From the human T2T-CHM13v2.0 reference genome, Homo sapiens: a stretch of 64,000 nt of DNA. The notes below the pieces were generated by a model. The model did no database searches. It was not told the origin of the DNA and saw only the letters and a list, made by a program, of their open reading frames with translations. The DNA is taken from NCBI RefSeq assembly GCF_009914755.1, contig NC_060930.1; one strand, written 5' to 3'. This document shows positions 16,556 through 28,872 of this stretch, one piece after another (the stretch's first letter is position 1; each line of letters begins with the position of its first letter). A program made the translations under genes and the position numbers.

Positions 16556-17889
16556 TTTAGAAATGGTCTATGTGAGGGTTCATACTTGGAACAAAATGGC
16601 CTTGCCAATCTGTAGTTTCTAGATATCTGCCAAGCCCCTGTAACAGTGGAAGTAGAATACAGAGAGCAACATCCTGAATCCAGGATCGAGACCCAGTAAA
16701 GTAGGGTGAGTATTAGAGCTCCTGACTCTAAGAGAGCCACACATGTTTATAAGTAATTGAATCAGAATGGGATAAATGAAGAATGACAATGTTAGCTTCT
16801 TATCAGTGCAACAAAAGGCTAAAACCATTCACAGTACTTTTGCATTCCTAGGTCTTTGCTTAGTGTGATTTTTTTTTGGAATAGCTTAATGCTATAACAA
16901 ATTGCAATCATCTTTATATTTAGGATTACATTTATTTTTTGACAGGTTTTATTTGTCTTTTAAGTGTCCTATTTATCTGTTTTTGATAAGTTTCTACTAG
17001 AAATCCAAACGTACCATGAGGATTCTGGATTTAATATGGATCCTAGAAATCCTGAAATTTATTTTTTAGGATAACTTTAATGTGCAGTGAATAAATCCAG
17101 GTAGATAGTTCTAGACTTTAGATTAGGCTGGAAAAATGTATAGTGTAATATCAATCCCATTATCAAATTGAAAAGGAAATTAGATAAATGGGGTAAATGG
17201 GATGAGCCTGAGATTCTGCATTTCTGATACACTTCCAGGTCATATTGATGCTGCTGGTCCGAGAACCACTATTTGACTAGCAAGGGACTGTGAGTGTGAG
17301 GGCGGGGGTTGGTACTTGAAGAGAGTGCAAATGGAAGGACAGCATGCTGGTACTTTGAGAAGGAACCAGCAGAGAGAGAAAAGTAGAAGATACAGAAGGA
17401 AGAGGATAACAAAAGAATCATTGCTGGCTCAGGTTCTTTAATGTAGAAGAAATACAGAGCGCAAGTGGAAAGACTTGTCCTAGATCTCAAGAATATGTCA
17501 GCTTCTCTTTTTCTGAGACTCTTTTGAAGGTAGGAGAAGGTGCCCCTTTATCTTTGTTTTTGCTGAGTTCATTTCTGACAGGTTTTCTACAAGCTATTCT
17601 TTAAAGTTTATTTTCTTCTCCCACTTCTCCCCCAGTGCCCTTTATTCAGAAATCTGTGTCCTGGCCCCATTGTTTCTTTTTTCAACTGCCTTTGGGTTTT
17701 CATTCTTGAATTTCTTTCCTTGCTGCTTCAACTCTTGTCTAAGAAGTCGTCCTCACCTCTTGCCTTGATTATAGATAAGGAAATGAGGAAAATAAGTTAT
17801 CTAAAAGGTTAAATATATAGTAAATGGAATGGGGTTCCTATAGAATTCTAGAACAATGACTTTTAGTACTTTAAGGTGGTTCCTTAGAT

Positions 17890-18068
17890 CAGTGAATTCC
17901 CCACAAGCTGCATGAGCATCAGGTGGGAAGTTGTTAGAAATGCAAATTCTCAGATCCCACCATTCCTGATTCTGTTAAGAATCAGAAATTCTAAGTGGGG
18001 CTCAGCAGTTTGTGGCTTAACAGGCCCCCCAGGTGATTCTCATGAATACTGGAGTTTGAGAATCACTG
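17890..18068. mobile_element. MER5A (hAT-Charlie MITE)
   Basis: CAGTG...CACTG termini; 'gttgttagaaatgcaaattctc' and 'ccccaggtgattct...gtttgagaatcactg'. Confidence 0.75.
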
Positions 18069-18143
18069 GTTTAAACAAAAGTGAAACATATGTTCAGGGA
18101 GCATAATAAAAAAATTTTACCAGAGAAGCGTCAAAGGAAACGT

Positions 18144-18225
18144 AATCATTCAAAACACCTGAGTGTTTTGAATGATTCAAACACCCAAGTGTAGTAAATT
18201 CAAAACATCCAAGTGCAGTAAATTA
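18144..18225. repeat. Perfect 15-bp inverted repeat with 4-nt loop, followed by two ~23-24-bp tandem copies of a related unit
   Basis: AATCATTCAAAACAC-ctga-GTGTTTTGAATGATT, then attcaaacacccaagtgtagtaa and attcaaaacatccaagtgcagtaa. Confidence 0.85.
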
Positions 18226-19325
18226 AGAGGGATTTGTAGGCCGGCTTCTGAAAGATTTCTCAGTACCAAGTGACATTTGGCACCTGGTCACCAAAGAATA
18301 AGTGTTTATTAAGAGCCTGATTGAGCTGAGTGGCAGAAATGAGAGAAAATGAACCAACAACAGCAACAAAATAGTAGTGCTACAATGACCCTAACAGCAA
18401 CAACAACAATAAAAATAATAGTGCTCCAATGACCCTAGCAACTATGTTTGATACTGTTTCATACTGTTTAGTGCAATATGTAGATAAACATAATAGGGAT
18501 CTAACAATTGGGTGTTGTTGATTCTTGTTCTAGGAGAACTCTCTCCCTTCTCCCCTCCATCTTACTGCCTTCGTTTGTTCTTAATAAGTACCCATATGTG
18601 AGGAGACATTTTGGGTAGGAAATTCAGTGTATCATACACTGGAAACCAGTAGAAAACCTGAAATTCTAATTAAACTATACTATTATATCAATCCATAGAA
18701 AAGTACATAAAGTGACATAGCTAAAAAGAAATGTATTGCATAAATGAATGCTAACATGTTGTAGGCAATAAGACAAAACAAATTTACTCGTAAATAAAGT
18801 TTACAAGTAATATCACACATGTGGAACTATAAACACACATACTTGCATTATATTCTGAGTCACACTGAAAGCTAAAATAGTAATCTTGATATAACATGAA
18901 TTTGAGTGAATTCCTAAATAGAATATGCAGACAAAGCACATGTATCAATAAAAGTGGTACAAAACCAGCAGAGAAGTATAGTGATTGGAAATGAGTATCT
19001 GTAGAGGGAGGCCCAATGTGTATGTGGGATCCACATTGGCTTTACTGTGATTTGGGTGGTAGCGCCCACCCATCACAGGAAGGGGAATTATTACATTTTT
19101 CTTATATTACAAGTCAGTGGTGGTTTTTTCACATGAATTTCCTGTTACAAAAACACTGTTTATGTGAATTTTAAATTTAAGTGTGTGTGGGCATTTGTTA
19201 GCATTGGTATAGTAATTAAATACATGAGAGAATACCACTGTTGAGAGATGTGTGTGCTGTGAAGGAGACATTGAGGTGTTGTGAGCTGCTTTAAGTCATT
19301 GAGCAGATCCATTGTTTCACAGTTT

Positions 19326-22300
19326 TGTGGACTCAGAAAATGACACCATAAAGTGTGGTGCTTTGGTGTGCTGAGTACTTCGAACTGAGGAACACGAAGG
19401 GTCTCAGAAGCAAAGTCCCTTTCTGACCTTCTCCCCTTCTTTCTCCCACTCCTCTTTCTCCCCAAGGCAGGCCATAGAAACTAGAATTATTTTTCCCCAA
19501 GGCAGGTCATTGAAATTAGAACCCCTTCCTGTAAAAAGCTAGACATAAAACCTAGAAACATTACTCTAACCTTCTTCTGCCTTTCTGTGTAAGAGCTGAC
19601 CATAGGGAAATTCTCTGACCTACCTTATCTGAAAGTAGATCATAAGACACTCATTTCAGAAGGGGTCCTTCCCTGTGCCCACAAGGAATGAGTGCCACAC
19701 AGAGAGGCCAGGAAAAATCCAAACAGACAGGCCTTGCTGGGTTTCCCCTCTTTGACTATTACCATTAGGTCATATCATTTTTGTTCAATTACATTTCTAT
19801 ATGGCTGTCCATTCTGCATCAAACCTAAGCATAAAACAGACAATTTTCTATGAATCTTTGGGTTGTCAATTCCAAAGGCTCCCATATCAAGTAAAATTTT
19901 GATTAAATAAATCTGTTATCTTTTTCTCCTGTTAACCTGTTGATATGGTTTAGATGTTTTGTCACCTTCAAATCTCATGTTAAAATGTGATCTTCAATGT
20001 TGGAGGTGGGCCTAGTGGTAGATATTTGGGTCATGGGGATGGATCCCTCAAGAATGATTTGGTGCTGTCCTCATGGTAATGAGTGAGTTCCCTATGAGTT
20101 CATGTGAGCTCTGGTTGTGTAAAAGAGCCTGGCACTTCTCTCCCTCTCTCTTGCTTCCTGACTCACCATGTGATACACCGGCTCCCTGCTTTCTGCCATG
20201 ATTATAAGCTTCCTGAGGCCTCACCAGAAGCCAAGCGGATGCTGCCACCATGCTTATACAGCCTATAGAACCACGAACCAAATAAACCACTTTATAAAGT
20301 TCACAGTCTCAGATATTCCTTTATAGTGATACAAAACAGACTAACACAGAAAATTGGTACTAAACAATGTGACGTTGCTATAAAGATACCTGAAAATGTG
20401 GATGTGGTTTTGAAAGTGGGCAATGGGCAGAGTTTGGGAGAGTTTGGAGAGCTAAGAAGAAGACAGGAGGCTAAGGGAAAGTTTGGAACTTCTTAAGACT
20501 AAATGGTTCTGACCGAAATGGTGATAGAAATATGGACAGTGAAAGCCAGACTGATGAGGCCTCAGACGGAAATGAGGAATTTATTGGGAATTGGATAAAG
20601 GTCACCCACTTTATACCCTAGCAAAGAACTTGACTGCATTGTGTTCATGCCCTACGGATCTGTGGAAGTTTGAGCTTAAGAGTCATAATGTGCAGTATCT
20701 GGTAGAAGAAATTTCTAAGCAGTAATGTTTAGCATTCAAGATGTGCTGTGGCTGCTTCTAACTGCCTATTATCAGATGTCAGAGCAAAGTAATAACTTAA
20801 AGTTGGAAGTTACATTTAAAGGGGAAGCAGAGCATACAAATTTGGAAAATTCTCATCCTGACCATGAGTTAGACAAGGAAAGAGCGTTTTCATGGGAGGA
20901 ATTCAAGTGGGCTGTGGAGCAATCACTTTCTAGAGAGATTTGCTTGACTAAAAGGGAGTCAAGTGCTACTATCCAAGACAATGGGAAAAAGGGCCTCAAA
21001 AGCATTTCGGAAGTCTCTGAGGAGACAGCCCCTTCCATCACAGGCCCAGAGTCCTAGAAGGAAGGAATGGTTTTCTGAGTCAGGCCCAGGGCTCTGCTGC
21101 TGTGCATCACCTTGGGAAGCTACTCACTGCATCCCTGCTACTACAGCTCCACCTGTGGCTCAAAAGGCCCCAGATACAGCTCAGGCTGCTGCTCTAGAGG
21201 GCGCAAGCCATAAGCCTTGGCAGCTTCCACTTGGTGTTAAGGCTGCAGTTGCATACAATGGAAGAGTGAAGGAGGCTTGGCAGCCTTCACCTAGATTTCA
21301 AAGGATGTGTAGGAAAGCTTGGGTACCCAGCCAGAAGCCTGCTACAGGGGTGGAACCCTTGTAGAGAGCTTCTACTAGGGCAGCATTGAAGGGAAATTTG
21401 GGATTGGAGCTCCCACACAAGAGTTCCCACTGGGGCACTGTCTAGTGGAGCTGTGAGAATGGGACTGCCATCCTCCAGATTTGAGAATGTTAGAGCCATT
21501 GGCAACGTGCACCCTGAGCCTGGAAAAGCTGCAGGCACTCAACTCTAACCAGTGAGAGCAGTCACAGGGGTGGAGCTGCCCAAGGCTTTGGGAGCCCACC
21601 CCTTACACCAGTATGTCATGGATATGGGACACTGAATCAAGGATTTTTTTGAAACTTTAAGATTTCATATCTGCCTGCTGGGTTTTAGATTTGCATGGGA
21701 TCTGTTGCCCCTTTGGGCTGATTTCTCTGAAATGGGAACCTGTACCATACAATGTTGGAAGTAAATAACTTACTTTTGATTTTACAGGCTCATAGGTAGA
21801 AGGAACTTGTCTTGAGTCTCAGATGAGACTTTGGACTTTAAGTTGATGCTGAAACAAGTTGGGACTTTTGGAGACTATTGGGAAGAGATGATTGTATTAT
21901 GGAATGAAAGGACATGAAATTTGGGGTGCCAGAGACAGAATTATATGGTTTGGATATTTGTTCCCTTCAAATCTCATGTTGAAATGTGATCCCCAGTGTT
22001 GAAGGTGGGGCCTAGTGGGAGGTGTTTGTGTCATGGTAGCAGATCCCTCATGAATTACATCATGTCCTTCTCTCAGTAAAGAATGAGTGGTTGCTCTGAG
22101 TTCATGTGAGATTTGGTTGTTTAAAAGAGTGCGACACCTCCCCTGTCTCTTGCCCCTGTTCTTGGCACATGACACTCTGACTCTCCTTCACCTGCTGTCA
22201 TGATTATAAAGTTCCTGAGGCCCTCAACAGAAGCAGATGCCAGCACTGTGTTTCTTGTGTAACCTGCAGAAACATGAGCCAAATAAACTTATTTTCTTTA

Positions 22301-22431
22301 TAAATTATCCTGTTTTAGGAATTTATTTATAGCAACGTAAACAGACTAACACACCTGTCTTTTGTTACAGTAATATTGACCGTGACCCTTATAAAGGGTG
22401 AGGAAAGATATCATACCTTTTCTGCCTCTAT
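19326..22431 (+). mobile_element. MER31-like ERV1 solo LTR split by an MST insertion (pieces 19326-19940 and 22354-22431)
   Basis: Starts 'tgtggactcagaaaatgacacc...gctttggtgtgctgagtactt'. The sequence 'ttaacctgt|cttttgttac...gaggaaagatatca' resumes after the MST element. Confidence 0.7.
19941..22353 (+). mobile_element. Complete MaLR element (MSTB-like): LTR 19941-20348, internal 20349-21940, LTR 21941-22353
   Basis: Two diverged direct-repeat LTRs (tgatatggttt...actaacaca), MST-int start 'gaaaattggtac', 5-bp TSD CCTGT at 19936-19940 and 22354-22358. Confidence 0.85.
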
Positions 22432-23635
22432 GGCATTATTAATTATCTTGTAATAAATGTGTGATAATATTTCTTGTTTTTGGTTTTTCTCAATTTTCTC
22501 ATATTAGGAGAGAAATATTGCTTATATATCTTTAATACATTCAGACTATGTCAGCTATTTTTTTGTGCTTCAAAGTACACAAGAAAAAGATTGCATCCAG
22601 AGGAAGCTGTTTCTTACGTTTCAAAAAGCTGAGCTCTAAAAATTCCTCATTACTTTTAAAAATTAATACATCACACGAAGAACAAAGATTAGGTTGCATT
22701 TGTGTCCTCTTGTGGTGCTGGATTCCATGAGATCTTGTACCCAGTGTTTTCTCAAATATGTTTCTGGGCTTGATATTTAAAATGATCATCTCTGACTATG
22801 CTTGTAAATATAAAGCAGCAGAAATTATTTTCATGGAGTAAGTTTTTCTATGTAAATTATAATACATGTAAAATGTTAACATTTTACATCAATTTCACAA
22901 ATACTAGTTGGTGAAAAGGTAACTGGTAAAAATAATGCTTCTGATCCTTATACATACTTTTTATAGTACTTGAACTTTTCTAACTTATTAATAAAACAGG
23001 ATATGCAGAATTTAGGCACCTTTCTCTCATCCTTTGATATTCTAATAAAAAATACCTTCTTTCCTGGAATTAGTATAATTCATTTCTCTCTGTAAAACAG
23101 TATTTTTGACAGAATGGCCTTGACACCCAGTTCATACAAATTATATGGCATTTTGCAAATTTAAAACCTAAATGTGTTAATAACTGTGCTTTTAATAACT
23201 CCAAAGTTACTTCTACCTGTGTATTTTTAGGGAGTGTTTATTCTCATGTGTTTATTTTTTATTCTGTGAACCACAATGCATCTTCTCCTATTTGTCTTCC
23301 GAGCAGAAATCAGTCCAAAGTAGGCCAAGTCCATGCCTGTGGGCTGCTTTATGTGGCTGTGCAGCTCTCTGTTGTCTGCTAGGGTGAGAGATACAGTGGG
23401 GGCTGGACCTGGAGGCATGTGTGCCTCAGTGATTTATACTTTTCTAGTCCCACTTTAAAGAAGTGCCTTGCCCATGCACAGTTGTCTGTGATGGTGAACA
23501 CAGTGACAGCAAACTTAGTTGTTCATTTAACCTTTTTAACAGTAAATACCATATGAATCCAGGCCTTTTGTACCTGGATTCCGGCAGGCCTGTAGTAGTG
23601 CTGAGGAGCTTCCATAGGTATGAAAAATAAAGTGT

Positions 23636-23970
<335 letters not shown>

Positions 23971-24055
23971 TTAAAAATTTATTTTTCTTTTTTAAAAGAC
24001 TTTCTGAAACTCTTTGCCTCTTTTGTATTGGTAGACTTAAGGCTAGAGTTCTAGG

Positions 24056-24230
24056 CAGTGACTCTCAACCCTAGCTCTGCATTACAATCATCTGGGGAGC
24101 TGTTAAAAGGCTTGATGCCTGGGTTGTACCCCAGACCAATTACCTCAGAATATCTAGGGTCTGGACTGAGACATGATTCTTTCATAGTCCTTAGGTTATT
24201 CCAACATACAACTGAGATTGAGAACCACTG
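24056..24230. mobile_element. MER5A1-like MITE
   Basis: cagtgactctcaacc ... gattgagaaccactg termini; 'acccagaccaatta'-like core. Confidence 0.7.
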
Positions 24231-24375
24231 GTTTAGGGTGAACTATTATTTTTTCTATAGTCAACCCAAATGCCCTCATTGGCAGTTTTCATTATTCATC
24301 TCACTTAATTTTAATCTTTTTATTTTACTGGGATATTCTCTGAAGTACACTACAGTTATCTATTAGAAAGAATGG

Positions 24376-24815
24376 AACCCCCATTCTATTTTCTACTTCT
24401 ATGAGATCAGCTTTTTTAGATTCCACATATAAGTGAGATGATGCCATATTTTCTTTCAGGAGCTGACAGTTGGGGGAGAATAGAGAGATGTTGTTCAGAG
24501 TCAAAGGGTTTCAGTTAGGATGAATAAATTCTGGTGATCTGTTGTACAGTATAGTGACTGTAGTTAGTAATAATGTTCCATATCCATGAAAATTGCCAAG
24601 AGTAGATACTGAATAGTCTTACCACAGAAAATGCTAAGTATGTGAGGTGATATATATGTTAATTAGCTTGATTTAATTCTTTCACAAGATATGTATATGT
24701 GTATATATGTATATATATGTGTGTGTGTATATATATGTATATATAACACAACATTACCTTGTACACTGAAGATATATATAATTTTTATTTGTCACTGGTA
24801 CTTTATAAAGCCGGA
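24376..24815 (+). mobile_element. L1MA8/9-like 3' end with short 5' inversion (inverted part about 24376-24457)
   Basis: Minus-oriented 'ttagattccacatataagtgagat' abuts plus-oriented 'gtgactgtagttagtaataatg...gtgaggtgat...ttaattagcttgattt'. Confidence 0.65.
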
Positions 24816-26064
24816 AAGAGAAAGAGAATGGAAGGAACTGATGTGGACCTTTCTGACATGGACCTTTTTGGGGATGCATTTGACTATATTTTCCTACATG
24901 AATCTCAGAGATTTGAGAGCATGAATGACAATGGTGAGGGTGTAGTGGTTCTGTGGGCAGCTGGAGGTGTCTCTGTGCATATTGGGAAGTGCTGCTGGCA
25001 CAGCTGGGTTTGGACTTGGGCTCTTCGAGGTAATCTCAAACTCCCTTGAGTGAATACGGAGCAACTGTAAAATGAGAGCTAGCATTGATTCCAACCCCCT
25101 TTTTTTCTCTTGTAAAGGTAACTAGCAGAAGTAGACTCTTTCTTCTACTCTCAGAACTAGTATTATAAGGTACATCTTTAAAAAATTAGAAATAGTTGTA
25201 TTTCTGCTCTTCTTCAGTATTACCTTTTGTTATCATATGTGGCTTACTGAACATTTGGGGTATACTTTTGAAACAGAACTCCTTATGATAGTACCATGAT
25301 TTCTATGGTGTTAAGAGTCCTTAAATTAGTAGTAATACTCAGAAGCCCATGATTAGTTAAAATGCCTTTTCAGAAAGGGGTAAATATTTTTCCTTCCATT
25401 GATTCACCTTGTAGATGACTTCTTATATAAGCTGGCTATGAAATATTATTGGCAGTACGCTGAACATTTGCAAGAAACCCTGTATCAATTGATGCAGAGG
25501 TGCTTTTTATTGCATGATTTACAAGTAAATGTTTAAGAGGGTACTTTGTTTGTTTGCATATACACACACATACACATATCTACATGATTTTTAGTTAAAA
25601 TTACACTAAAATCTTGTGGCATCATTTGTCTTAATTCACACATTTTAATATTAATACTGTTAATAAACAACTTTTCGAACAGTTCCAAGCTGTTAAATTT
25701 ACTTAAATAATGGGGATATTATCTTTTAGGTAGTTCTGTGGTACATGCTTTTTTTCCCCAACTAATGAGGATTTTTATATTTAAAGAAAGTAGTAGACAC
25801 ATAACTTTATGGCATGAATATCATGAATTTATATGTTTACTAGAACACATCTTGGAAATAAATAGAAGTGGTGTGATGTTAGCAACCATTCTGACAATAG
25901 ATATGAATAAGGAAAAGGGCAAGGCTTAGAATGCCATGCTTAATATAAAAGACTTATAGATACTAATGAATGATCATAATCAACATTTATCATCCAGTAG
26001 GTGCTCCGTGATTAATTTAGGAATGAGCATGTATAAATTAATGAAGAAAGGAACAACAAAAGGA

Positions 26065-26368
<304 letters not shown>

Positions 26369-26429
26369 TTATTGATGGAGCATTAGGGTTGCCGAAGATG
26401 AATTCTTGGAGACACAGTGCTTATTGGAA

Positions 26430-26673
26430 AGAGCACTCTTTCCAATAAGAAAAAGTGGCTTTTAGAGTCAGAAGAATCTGAATTTGAATATTAGCTCTGT
26501 CAACATTAGCTAACTTCTTTGGAGCAAGTTGCTTACCTCCATGATACACACTCTCCTGTTCTGAAAAATGAGGATGACAATGGTTTGGATATTGAGGAAC
26601 TTATGGTTAAGGATTAATGAGGAATGCTTAACACACTGCTTCCTGTCACATAGGCAACAAATAAATACTAGCT
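26430..26673 (+). mobile_element. MIR
   Basis: 'ggcttttagagtcaga...gcaagttgcttacctc...aaaatgaggatga' core. Confidence 0.6.
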
Positions 26674-27313
26674 TTCTTCTCCCTTGGCCTTGATAATCTG
26701 ATGGTAAGTTCATTAATTCCTTAGCAGCAGAAGAACCTAAGAATTTTTTTGTTTGTTTGTTTTAAGGAATTGAGAATTTTATTGTTTAATTCTGTCTTAT
26801 AAACAACTGAATCTAGCTGTTAAGTAGATTATGTTGTGGAAAAGGGTAGGGCAAATATTTAAGAGTGTTGTGTGAGTTTTTTTCTTCCAGTGAAATTGAA
26901 TGATGGGCATCATGGCCACATTCTCCAGTTTCAGTCCAGAATCAAAAGTGAAAGATCCTCAGTGTGTTATGGGTCTGCTTCTCTTAGGAATAAATTGTTC
27001 AGAAAATGTAGGAATTCAGGTGTTACTGTGTTCAGTGATTTTGTGAGTTACATTAATGGAACTTGATTTTCATTCTCGATTCCGTTTCTGTATTGTTATA
27101 AGATGCTCTAATCTGATTGCTATTCTTTTGTTCTGATTTCTCAGTTATATAATTTTCAGTGTTCTTCCCCTTCCACAATGAGCTTTGTGATTTCTGTCAT
27201 CTGTTAAACATCATCTCTACTTGCCTATTTCAGGAGCCCCCGTAATAGGTTGTCTGCCATGCTTATTGCCTCTACAGTTTTTTTTTCTGTCACAGTTAAG
27301 ATCATGTCTTAAG

Positions 27314-27620
27314 TGTTCCCATCATTTAGCTCCTACTTATAAGTAAGAATATGTGGTATTTGGTTTTCTGTTTCTGTGTTAGTTTGCTAAGGATAATGGC
27401 CTCCAGCTCTATCTATGTCCCTACAAAAGACATGATCTCATTCTTTTGTATGGCTACATAGTAGTCCATGTTGTATATGTACCACATTTTCTTTATCTAG
27501 TTTATAATTGAGGGGCATTTAGATTGATTCTATGTCTTTGCTATTGTGATGAAATTGTCTGTACAACACACTCCATGACACAAGTTTACCTATGTAACAC
27601 TTAAAAATTAAAAAAAAAAC
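27314..27620 (+). mobile_element. L1PA13-like 3' fragment with 5' inversion (inverted part about 27314-27549)
   Basis: Minus-oriented L1 3' ORF2/UTR sequence joined to plus-oriented 'ctgtacaacacactccatgacacaagtttacctatgtaac' and an A tail. Confidence 0.7.
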
Positions 27621-28831
27621 AAAACAGAAAAGTAAAGCAAACAACACCATAGTCTATAAAATGTCAATTCTTTTTATTATACTTTGAGAATTGACTCTGA
27701 ACTATTTTTATTATTTCTTTATAACATGAATGTCTGAAACAATACTATCTCATTTGGGAGGTTTTCCATAAATTTCACACATTGTAATATCATTTACTTC
27801 TTTCTTTAACAGTTTATGGTTGTCACTGTGAAAAACAACATTTCCACAAATTTAGTTTCAAAGATCTAATTGGCATTTTATTTGCAGTTCATAAACTAGG
27901 TAGCATCTAGTCTATAAAATAAAAAGGAGCTTCAATGAATTAAAATCATATCTTAAACAGTGAAGACCACGTTTTAAACAGTGAATGGATTTACGTGATT
28001 TAGGAGCTGATTCCATTCAAGGCGCTCTCTATTGTGCACCCAGAATTTCTTTTCAGCCCCATATCCCTATCTGTGCATTACCTCTGCTCCAGCTCTACTT
28101 TCTCCACACCATTGCTTGGTGCCCCTGCCTCTGTGCCCTCATCTGTGCTTCTTCCTGGTGTGAAAGACTGCCCCCCATCCCAATAAATGCTCCATGATCT
28201 CTCAACACTCATGCAATATCAAGTATTTTTTGCCCTTCCCTAGTTTGAACTAATTTGTCTGTGACCCTCTAGCGTATCACCTGGACCTGTGTTTGACAGA
28301 AATGCCTTTTTGCCTTGCAGTAGAGTCAGTTGTTGCCCTGCGTTTTCTGAGTTCTCTGATGGGAGGAAGCCATGCCTTATTTATCACTTGAGTCCTTTTA
28401 GTCTTATTTCAGTGCCCTTCCATTGCAACACCTAACATGGGTTTGATGAATTAAACAGAATACAGTATGAGTTGTGTGAAATCATTTATTCTGGTGAGGC
28501 GAATCTATTTAGTTTGGTTTATTCTCTTCTGGAAAAAAAATGTGTGTTAATTTTATGTTTTAATGGTAAGAGATTATTCTGCTCTCTTGGTTAAGTGTAT
28601 TTAATTTCCTAGACCACTGATTTTGTAGTGAGTGATGGATGAACGATAATACTAAAGCTATGATGTTTTACTAGTTTTTAACTAGTTATAAAAACCAGAA
28701 AACCCCTGAGAATGGACTTTATTTTCAGGACCAACACAATAGTAAAAATCAGTGGAAATGAGTTCTGTTTGATTAAGGTATCTACAGAAAATTGACTTTG
28801 AGCTCTCCTTTTTACTAATCATAAGAATATA

Positions 28832-28872
28832 TTAGGTTGGTGCCAAAGTAATTATAGTTTTATCGTTTTAAT
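28832..28872. mobile_element. Partial MADE1 (Hsmar1 TIR)
   Basis: 'tattaggttggtgccaaagtaatt' resembles the Hsmar1/MADE1 TIR; only one arm is visible. Confidence 0.45.

Noticed and set aside
20725-21599. ORFs of 60-133 aa in MST-int (also 61348-62235 in THE1-int)
   Set aside because: Degenerate MaLR internal sequence broken by stops and frameshifts.
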